From an uncultured virus (IMG/VR IMGVR_UViG_3300025705_000475) (taxonomy: Duplodnaviria; Heunggongvirae; Uroviricota; Caudoviricetes): 20,000 nt of DNA. The stretch is from IMG/VR virus record IMGVR_UViG_3300025705_000475; one strand, 5' to 3'. Numbering within the stretch: the stretch's first letter is position 1; each line of letters begins with the position of its first letter. Both the position numbers and the translations under genes were made by a program. The notes beneath the pieces are model-generated. The model was given only the letters and a program-made list of their open reading frames with translations. It had not been told where the DNA came from and did not search any database. This document shows positions 9,003 through 14,726 of this stretch, one piece after another.

Positions 9003-9124
9003 TGAAACTAACTAAAATTAAATTAAATAATCAGAATCGTATGTTACGTATTGGTTTTGGTTTAAATAAAGGAAATAAATTCTTTAGAATTGATTTATGG
9101 TGGATAGGTTACAGATTATCCTAA
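9002..9124 (+). CDS. Small hypothetical basic protein (40 aa)
   Basis: Manual translation MKLTKIKLNNQNRMLRIGFGLNKGNKFFRIDLWWIGYRLS; TAATG stop/start overlap with upstream gene. Confidence 0.6.
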   Translation: MKLTKIKLNNQNRMLRIGFGLNKGNKFFRIDLWWIGYRLS

Positions 9125-9131
9125 AATAAAA

Positions 9132-9162
9132 TTTGACAATTGAAATAACTTAACTATATTTG
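9132..9162 (+). promoter_or_regulatory. Bacteroidota sigma70-type promoter of the tRNA operon
   Basis: TTTG (9132-9135), 19-nt spacer, TATATTTG (9155-9162); also contains TTGACA. Confidence 0.75.
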
Positions 9163-9195
9163 TAGAGTACAAACAAGTACAAAACTATTTTAAAA

Positions 9196-9267
9196 ATGAA
9201 TAAACGAAACACACATAATATAATATTAAGAAACTTATCAAGGATAAGAATCTTTAGTGTTATGTGA
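9196..9267 (+). CDS. Putative attenuator leader peptide MNKRNTHNIILRNLSRIRIFSVM
   Basis: A-rich initiation region; codon run ATA ATA TTA AGA AAC TTA TCA AGG ATA AGA (9220-9249); double stop TGA TAG; lies between promoter and terminator. Confidence 0.6.
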   Translation: MNKRNTHNIILRNLSRIRIFSVM

Positions 9268-9319
9268 TAGTTCGGTAAAACATAATGTAAAAAATAGACT
9301 TAAAGCTATGAAAAAGAAG

Positions 9320-9353
9320 AAGCCCGAACAGAGATGTTCGGGTTTTTTGTTTT
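9320..9353 (+). terminator. Intrinsic terminator (attenuator) upstream of the tRNA cluster
   Basis: AAGCCCGAACA-GAGA-TGTTCGGGTTT stem-loop followed by TTTGTTTT. Confidence 0.85.
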
Positions 9354-9364
9354 ATATTAGCAGT

Positions 9365-9376
9365 GTTCTTTGACAT
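9365..9376 (+). promoter_or_regulatory. boxA-like antitermination motif (GTTCTTTGACAT), copy 1
   Basis: Similar to rrn boxA consensus (TGCTCTTTAACA); exact copy at 10323-10334. Confidence 0.55.
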
Positions 9377-9413
9377 CAAGATTAAGTAACGACACAGTAT
9401 TCGGTAAAATACT

Positions 9414-9486
9414 GACCTCTTAGCTCAGCTGGTAGAGCATCACACTTTTAATGTGAGGGTCCAGGGTTCGAACCCCTGAGGGGTCA
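9414..9486 (+). tRNA. tRNA-Lys(UUU)
   Basis: Cloverleaf: GACCTCT/AGGGGTC acceptor, TCACA-CTTTTAA-TGTGA anticodon arm, TTCGAAC T-loop; no CCA. Confidence 0.95.
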
Positions 9487-9546
9487 CTATCGCCAATACT
9501 AAATCGAGTTTTGCGCCTCTACATAAAATATGGGTGTTTTCAACAT

Positions 9547-9620
9547 GGGGATGTAGCTCAGTTGGTTAGAGCAGGACTCTTATATGGTCAAGGTCGTAGG
9601 TTCAATTCCTACCGTCCCTA
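9547..9620 (+). tRNA. tRNA-Ile(UAU)
   Basis: GGGGATG/CGTCCCT acceptor; GGACT-CTTATAT-GGTCA arm with anticodon TAT at 9581-9583; TTCAATT T-loop; discriminator A. Confidence 0.88.
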
Positions 9621-9696
9621 CAATTAAATTAATTTAATAAAATAGTTGTTACTTAATCATTTGTACCGTACATTTACAGTATTGGAAGATATAGAT

Positions 9697-9782
9697 GCCG
9701 AAGTGGTGGAATTGGTAGACACGAGGGACTTAAAATCCCTTGGACAGTAATGTCCGTGACGGTTCGAGCCCGTCCTTCGGTA
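9697..9782 (+). tRNA. tRNA-Leu(UAA)
   Basis: GCCGAAG/CTTCGGT acceptor; AGGGA-CTTAAAA-TCCCT; long variable arm GGACA-GTAA-TGTCC. Confidence 0.95.
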
Positions 9783-9785
9783 CAC

Positions 9786-9844
9786 AGATAGGGAGTTATC
9801 CAATACGCGTTGGAACTAGATAACTTTAAAATAGAACCCTATCT
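9786..9844 (+). ncRNA. Unassigned structured RNA element A
   Basis: AGATAGGG/CCCTATCT closing stem, inner AGTTATC/GATAACT stem and CCAA-TACGCG-TTGG hairpin. Confidence 0.45.
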
Positions 9845-9869
9845 TTTACATGTACCCAACATACAGTTT

Positions 9870-9958
9870 AAGAGAGGTAGTGAAGCTACAATGATATAGA
9901 AAAAGGTAAGGGTTAACCTCTATATCGTAGTAACCCCGAAAGACCCGAAACCTCTCTT
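9870..9958 (+). ncRNA. Unassigned structured RNA element B, possible pseudoknot
   Basis: AAGAGAGGT/ACCTCTCTT, GCTAC/GTAGT, GATATAG/CTATATC and AGGT/ACCT nested stems; loop GGGTTA complementary to TAACCC (9931-9936). Confidence 0.5.
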
Positions 9959-9964
9959 TTACAT

Positions 9965-10038
9965 GCACCCATAGCTCAGCTGGATAGAGCATCTGCCTTC
10001 TAAGCAGACGGTCTCAGGTTCGAATCCTGATGGGTGTA
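9965..10038 (+). tRNA. tRNA-Arg(UCU)
   Basis: GCACCCA/TGGGTGT acceptor; TCTGC-CTTCTAA-GCAGA; TTCGAAT T-loop. Confidence 0.95.
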
Positions 10039-10241
10039 CTAACGTGTCAAAGTAACATTGACTAATGCGTCATACATGAAGAGAAATAAGGTAGAATCCT
10101 TATAGTGACTAATCAACTAGTGAGAATGCTAGTCGGAGTTTGAGTTCTCCTAATAAATAAAAACTTTATTCCTAACCAATATTGTTTATACTCTATTGGG
10201 ACATCCGTGACAGTTGTAGTTGGATAAAATAGACTGTTAAC

Positions 10242-10315
10242 GGACTTTTAGCTCAGTTGGTTAGAGCACCGCACTCATAATGCGTAGGTCGATGGTTCGA
10301 GTCCATCAAGGTCCA
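10242..10315 (+). tRNA. tRNA with CAU anticodon, probably tRNA-Ile2 (lysidine) rather than Met
   Basis: GGACTTT/AAGGTCC acceptor with C4-G69, resembling Bacillus-type Ile2 as recalled; CCGCA-CTCATAA-TGCGT arm; lacks initiator features. Confidence 0.85.
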
Positions 10316-10322
10316 CTAGTGA

Positions 10323-10334
10323 GTTCTTTGACAT
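10323..10334 (+). promoter_or_regulatory. boxA-like motif (GTTCTTTGACAT), copy 2
   Basis: Exact 12-nt copy of 9365-9376, just after the tRNA(CAU). Confidence 0.5.
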
Positions 10335-10360
10335 AAAAAATAAATTAAAAAATAGAAATT

Positions 10361-10696
10361 ATGGAAATAACATCATTTATTTTAGGTGTATGTACAGTCA
10401 TTGTATTAGTAATGGTTGTGGGTACGTTTGTGAACTATATGACAACAAAGTCCTTAAAAGAGGAAATAAACCGACTGAATCGAGAAAACGAAAATCAGTA
10501 TAATGAATCTGAAAAGATTAGAAAAGAACTAATAGATTATGTGGATAGTCTACATAATATTAGTGAAAATAACATGAACGAAGTCTATCGTCATATTGAC
10601 AGTAGAATCGACAAAACTGTAAATAATATGAGCGAACACGTTGCAGAAATTTATAGACAATTAGATAATAACAAAAAATCCGTAGTTAACGGATAA
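10361..10696 (+). CDS. Hypothetical protein with N-terminal TM helix and coiled coil
   Basis: Hydrophobic residues 3-26 followed by a charged heptad-like region. Confidence 0.75.
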   Translation: MEITSFILGVCTVIVLVMVVGTFVNYMTTKSLKEEINRLNRENENQYNESEKIRKELIDYVDSLHNISENNMNEVYRHIDSRIDKTVNNMSEHVAEIYRQLDNNKKSVVNG

Positions 10697-10774
10697 TAAG
10701 TAAAACGTTAAAGAACTCACTTTTTTAATTATGTATGAAAAAACCATCATTAGGTAAATTTTTTAAACTTAATG

Positions 10775-10805
10775 TTGGTTTTTTCATGCATTTACCATAT
10801 ATTTG
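10775..10805 (+). promoter_or_regulatory. Bacteroidota-type promoter (TTG-N20-TATATTTG)
   Basis: TTG at 10775-10777, TATATTTG at 10798-10805. Confidence 0.55.
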
Positions 10806-10826
10806 TACTCTAATAAAAAAACACTT

Positions 10827-11042
10827 ATGGGTAATATACTTAGTAAAATTGCAGACATGGAAGAAGATGGTACACTACCAAAATTTGACCCTAACTATTA
10901 TGTTGACGTTTTAAACTTAGCCAGAACGAAAGGACTAAGATTAGAGGTTATGTATACAGCTATGGATATTGTTAGAGAGCAACCTAATTTAACTAATGAG
11001 GTCGCCATTATTCAATCGGCTAAAAAATGGAATTTAGTATAA
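10827..11042 (+). CDS. Hypothetical protein
   Basis: ATG at 10827 (MGNILSK...) downstream of the promoter; the TTG start in the ORF track lies inside the -7 element. Confidence 0.7.
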   Translation: MGNILSKIADMEEDGTLPKFDPNYYVDVLNLARTKGLRLEVMYTAMDIVREQPNLTNEVAIIQSAKKWNLV

Positions 11043-11045
11043 AAA

Positions 11046-11119
11046 GCTTCCTTAGCTCAGTTGGCTAGAGCAGCTGATTTGTAATCAGCAGGTCGTGGGT
11101 TCGAGTCCCTCAGGAAGCT
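11046..11119 (+). tRNA. tRNA-Thr(UGU)
   Basis: GCTTCCT/AGGAAGC acceptor; GCTGA-TTTGTAA-TCAGC; one T-T mismatch in the T-stem. Confidence 0.93.
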
Positions 11120-11134
11120 CAAAATTTATTTATT

Positions 11135-11434
11135 ATGAGTCTTAAAAAAATACAAGAGGAATATAGAGAAACACCAAACAAGGAGTTAGTTAGTGCTGTG
11201 TTCGATAATTTTATATTTGGTCTACTTGGGGCAATCTTAGTTGTCTTTATCGCAGAAAGAGTGGATATATTAGTACTTTTAGGGTATATGATTTACTACT
11301 TTTTCTTAGGGAGAGTTGTTAATAGACCTAAATACGTAACAAGTTTAGGTAAATTTATTATATTTCCTGTACCAACCGCAATAGGGGCGTTTATAGGATA
11401 TAAATTAGCTTATTATTTAACACTTTTATTTTAA
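11135..11434 (+). CDS. Hypothetical membrane protein (about 3 TM)
   Basis: Three hydrophobic segments in 99 aa. Confidence 0.75.
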   Translation: MSLKKIQEEYRETPNKELVSAVFDNFIFGLLGAILVVFIAERVDILVLLGYMIYYFFLGRVVNRPKYVTSLGKFIIFPVPTAIGAFIGYKLAYYLTLLF

Positions 11435-11438
11435 AATT

Positions 11439-11576
11439 ATGAAATTTTCAATATCAAATATAGTATCTCAAATTTATCTTATACCGTATATCAAAATAAC
11501 TTACGATAGGTATCTAAACGGTGATTTAGAGATGTGTATAGGTTGGATTAATAAAGAAATCGTCATATCAATTTAA
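11439..11576 (+). CDS. Small hypothetical protein (45 aa)
   Basis: Manual translation MKFSISNIVSQIYLIPYIKITYDRYLNGDLEMCIGWINKEIVISI; starts 4 nt after the previous stop. Confidence 0.55.
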   Translation: MKFSISNIVSQIYLIPYIKITYDRYLNGDLEMCIGWINKEIVISI

Positions 11577-11617
11577 AAAAAAATAATATTTTTAGTAAAA
11601 CTTAAAGAAATATTACT

Positions 11618-11625
11618 TATATTTG
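11618..11625 (+). promoter_or_regulatory. Bacteroidota-type -7 element TATATTTG
   Basis: Intergenic, 38 nt upstream of ATG 11664; TATATTTGTA context matches 9155 and 10798. Confidence 0.55.
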
Positions 11626-11663
11626 TACCAACGAAATAATTAAACATTTAAAAAAATAAAAAC

Positions 11664-11843
11664 ATGGGTAAAGAAGAAACAATTGCACCTGAGGTGAAGT
11701 CAAAAGTAGAAGAGTATGCTTACAAGCACTACAAAATGTTCAAAAACAAAACACTTTTAATTAGTGAGAAAGAGAACTGTTTTCTCGTGTCTACACACAA
11801 AGATGGTTCACCACTAGTATTAGGTAAATCAATTTTAAATTAA
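11664..11843 (+). CDS. Small hypothetical protein (59 aa)
   Basis: Manual translation MGKEETIAPEVKSKVEEYAYKHYKMFKNKTLLISEKENCFLVSTHKDGSPLVLGKSILN; A-rich start context. Confidence 0.65.
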   Translation: MGKEETIAPEVKSKVEEYAYKHYKMFKNKTLLISEKENCFLVSTHKDGSPLVLGKSILN

Positions 11844-11852
11844 ATAATTAAT

Positions 11853-12140
11853 ATGGCATATAAAAATCAAAAGGGTGAAAACCTTTATCTATTTGGTTGG
11901 TTGGAAGCACCTGCGGGAACGACAGGAACTAAAGACTTCCGACCAACCAGCGGGGGTAACAACGAATGGGGGATGACTAAACGTGACGCAATTGCTAAAG
12001 TAAATCGTGAACGAAAAGAGTCCGAAAAGAAATACCCTACTCATGTTCGTTTACGTGTAGACCCTAAGACTGTTAGGAGAGCTAAAACCTATGAGGAGTT
12101 CGCATCTTTTGATAGAGGTCTAATTATGATGACCATTTAA
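11853..12140 (+). CDS. Hypothetical basic protein
   Basis: 95 aa ORF in the operon. Confidence 0.7.
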   Translation: MAYKNQKGENLYLFGWLEAPAGTTGTKDFRPTSGGNNEWGMTKRDAIAKVNRERKESEKKYPTHVRLRVDPKTVRRAKTYEEFASFDRGLIMMTI

Positions 12141-12168
12141 CGTTTTTTGGGAACCAATAATGTGATTA

Positions 12169-12229
12169 TAAGAAGGTAAGTTTTGTATTTATAGTGTTAA
12201 ACTAAACAATTCAAAACTTATCTCTCTTA
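12169..12229 (+). promoter_or_regulatory. Long hairpin covering the translation initiation region of the T9SS-CTD gene
   Basis: TAAGA-AGGTAAGTTTTG pairs with CAAAACTTATCT-C-TCTTA; ends 3 nt before ATG 12233; TATTTAT in the loop. Confidence 0.55.
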
Positions 12230-12232
12230 ATA

Positions 12233-13837
12233 ATGAAAAAAATACTATTTTTATTAATCTTCCTAAACACATTTTTAGTAAAAGGTCAATGTGACATTTC
12301 AATTAATGACTTTAATTTTACCACAGGAGAATTAGTGGTGGAAGTCATTAACTCAGAAAACTGTGGATGTAATGACCTCACCGATATTGAAACCTCCTGT
12401 AATACTTCAAGTAGTGGTTCTATTCAAAATAATGAAACAATAAGTCATATTGTTTTAGGTTTACACTTAGATGGTTTTGATTACCAATGGACTGATTGCG
12501 TTAGTGGTAATAACCATCCAGGGTGGACCTTTAAAAGTAAAAGTTTTTTTGGTAATTCTGTTTTAGAAACAGGCGACACATGGAGTACTAACATCTATGA
12601 TTTTTATGTCCCCACCAATGACTGCTGGTCCGATATTTTATCAAATAATGAAGAGTGTGTTGAATTAGTTATTTGGCAAATTAACCTATCTCAAACTTCT
12701 GAAGTTGCAGATGGAGGATGGGCAGTTAATCCTAATGTGGCTAATCAAACTCAAAATTATCCTGATTTTAATTTATTAGACAATGTGGTTACTATGTGTC
12801 CTGTGGTTTTCCCTGGTTGTACCGACCCTTTTGCACTAAACTATAATGAGGACGCAACAGAGGATGACGGTACTTGTGTTTTTTCAATAGGTCCCGACCC
12901 AATCATAATTGATGTTACTATTTCTGAAGAAGAATGTGAAGTATTTGATGCGGGTATTTTATCATCATTCGTTTATGAAGCGACTTTAGTAAACATAGGG
13001 ACTGAAGCGGTTACAAATTTTTGCCTTAGTGATTTTTTAGGTACTACTTTTAATTGTTTTAATGGGGTTTCTAATTTAGCAGTTTGGATTCAACCTGGAG
13101 ATACTATTACCGTGAGTGGTACGATTAATGGAGCGGGTACATGGATATCAGGACAAGGTAATTACTTTACAATTACGAGTGTACCTAATGAAATTATTAC
13201 TGGTAATAATAACTTTGTATTTAATATGGTAACCGGTGTTGATTGTGAACTACCTCCACCCTCATGTGATACGATATACGTAACTGAAACAGAATTCTTA
13301 ACTGACACTATCTACGTAACTGAAACAGAATTCTTAACTGACACTATCTACGTAACTGAAACAGAATTCTTAACTGACACCCTTTATATAACACAAACCC
13401 TTACGGATACAGTAGAAGTCTTGGTGGATAATTACATTTATGAAACTGATACACTAACAGTTATTGAAACTCAGTTAATTGATTGTGAAACTGGAGAAGA
13501 ATGTGTTGACCCACCAGGATTAAGTGAATGTTGGCCTTGGACAGTTTATATCCCAAATACGTTCACCCCAAATAATGACGGAATTAATGATATATGGCAA
13601 ATTATATATGATTTAGATTGTTGGGTTGACGTGGAGTTTAAAATTTTTAATAGGTGGGGGTCTCAAATATATTATGGATTTGTTGAGGATTTTGAAACTT
13701 ACCCGTATTGGGATGGGAGTATAAATGGTGGAGATTATTATGTTTCAGATGGGGTATATCTTTACACTTTTTATGGTCGTAAAAGTGATTCACCTGAGAT
13801 TTTAGAGGAGTCTGGACATATAACAATATTTAGGTAA
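12233..13837 (+). CDS. Secreted protein with gliding-motility-associated (T9SS type B, CHU_C-like) C-terminal domain
   Basis: Signal peptide ..VKG/Q; GCTDPFALNYNEDATEDDGTC repeat motif; Thr-rich linker; C-terminal IPNTFTPNNDGINDIW..IFNRWG..WDG..DGVYLY..GHITIFR. Confidence 0.85.
   Translation: MKKILFLLIFLNTFLVKGQCDISINDFNFTTGELVVEVINSENCGCNDLTDIETSCNTSSSGSIQNNETISHIVLGLHLDGFDYQWTDCVSGNNHPGWTFKSKSFFGNSVLETGDTWSTNIYDFYVPTNDCWSDILSNNEECVELVIWQINLSQTSEVADGGWAVNPNVANQTQNYPDFNLLDNVVTMCPVVFPGCTDPFALNYNEDATEDDGTCVFSIGPDPIIIDVTISEEECEVFDAGILSSFVYEATLVNIGTEAVTNFCLSDFLGTTFNCFNGVSNLAVWIQPGDTITVSGTINGAGTWISGQGNYFTITSVPNEIITGNNNFVFNMVTGVDCELPPPSCDTIYVTETEFLTDTIYVTETEFLTDTIYVTETEFLTDTLYITQTLTDTVEVLVDNYIYETDTLTVIETQLIDCETGEECVDPPGLSECWPWTVYIPNTFTPNNDGINDIWQIIYDLDCWVDVEFKIFNRWGSQIYYGFVEDFETYPYWDGSINGGDYYVSDGVYLYTFYGRKSDSPEILEESGHITIFR
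13277..13380 (+). repeat. In-frame 36-bp tandem repeat, about 2.9 perfect copies (YVTETEFLTDTI)
   Basis: Unit TACGTAACTGAAACAGAATTCTTAACTGACACTATC at 13277, 13313 and 13349. Confidence 0.95.
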
Positions 13838-13838
13838 T

Positions 13839-14258
13839 ATGAAAACATTACTAATTCCATTACTTCTCTTTATACCATTTAACTCCATTTCCCAATGTCA
13901 ACAATATGTGTTTTCAACTGTTCCCGCAACGGAATGGTCCACATGGACATATGTCAATTGTGAAACATTAGATACTAACACATTTAGTATACCATGTTGT
14001 CAATATACTTTACCTCGTTGTGCAATCATAGGTTCACCAACTTTAATCGAAGGGGACGGGTTCCATGCCCTAATGGTTAATCCTGTAGGGGAACCTTGGG
14101 AAGATTGTGAACAATACAATGAGGAACCATGTGTTGGTGACATTGATGGTGACGGAATCATCACTGTTTTGGATTTATTATTATACCTTTCAGAACCGTA
14201 TGTAGGTATAGGTGATTTAGAAGGTATTATTCAGAATTTTGGAAATCAATGTGATTAA
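13839..14258 (+). CDS. Secreted Cys-rich protein with C-terminal dockerin/EF-hand-like motif
   Basis: Signal peptide ..SIS/Q; CVGDIDGDGIITVLDLL...NFGNQCD. Confidence 0.7.
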   Translation: MKTLLIPLLLFIPFNSISQCQQYVFSTVPATEWSTWTYVNCETLDTNTFSIPCCQYTLPRCAIIGSPTLIEGDGFHALMVNPVGEPWEDCEQYNEEPCVGDIDGDGIITVLDLLLYLSEPYVGIGDLEGIIQNFGNQCD

Positions 14259-14316
14259 TTTAAAATATTAATTTACTGATAAGTTTTTTTATCTTATATT
14301 ATTACAAATTAATAAT

Positions 14317-14703
14317 ATGAGATTAGCACTTATTGCTCATGACGGTAAAAAATCAGATATGGTAGCGTTTGTCATGAAACGTTTAAAATTCTTTAACAAC
14401 AACAACGTATCATTAGTAACCACAGGTACAACAGGTAAAAAAATTACACACGCAGGTATCGATAAAGTTGAAGCAGTAAACAGTGGTCCTTTAGGTGGTG
14501 ACGCAGAAATTGGAGCGATGGTTACTCGTGGAGAAATAGACGGAGTAATATTCTTTAGGGACCCGTTAGATAAACATCCACACGATGTAGATATTTCAAT
14601 GTTAATGAGGTTATGTGACGTACATAATATACCATTAGCCACCAACTATACGAGTGGACATATAATGGTTAAATATTTTGATTCTAAGTTGAATGTGAAT
14701 TAA
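14317..14703 (+). CDS. mgsA: Methylglyoxal synthase
   Basis: LALIAHDGKK, TGTTG, SGPLGGDAEIG, FFRDPLDKHPHDVDI..LMRLCDVHNIPLATN. Confidence 0.95.
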   Translation: MRLALIAHDGKKSDMVAFVMKRLKFFNNNNVSLVTTGTTGKKITHAGIDKVEAVNSGPLGGDAEIGAMVTRGEIDGVIFFRDPLDKHPHDVDISMLMRLCDVHNIPLATNYTSGHIMVKYFDSKLNVN

Positions 14704-14726
14704 ATTTTTACTATAATTAAAACGTT

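Noticed and set aside
9487..9546. Theta (HDV-like) ribozyme in the tRNA-Lys trailer
   Set aside because: No nested double-pseudoknot pairing could be built by eye; only a weak G-U-rich hairpin
9646..9676. Internal promoter before tRNA-Leu (TTG-N20-TACATTTA)
   Set aside because: The -7 box deviates from TAnnTTTG, so it is not reported as a feature; if real it would partly bypass the proposed attenuator
9870..9958. Hammerhead or twister ribozyme
   Set aside because: GTA/GAAAC resembles hammerhead stem III but there is no CUGANGA core; the twister P2/P4 elements could not be built
10242..10315. Initiator tRNA-fMet
   Set aside because: G1-C72 is paired and the anticodon stem lacks three consecutive G-C pairs
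13277..13380. 36-bp repeats as a CRISPR array
   Set aside because: Units are directly adjacent with no spacers, in frame within a CDS, and no cas genes are present
14337..14645. 102-aa minus-strand ORF
   Set aside because: Antisense shadow of mgsA
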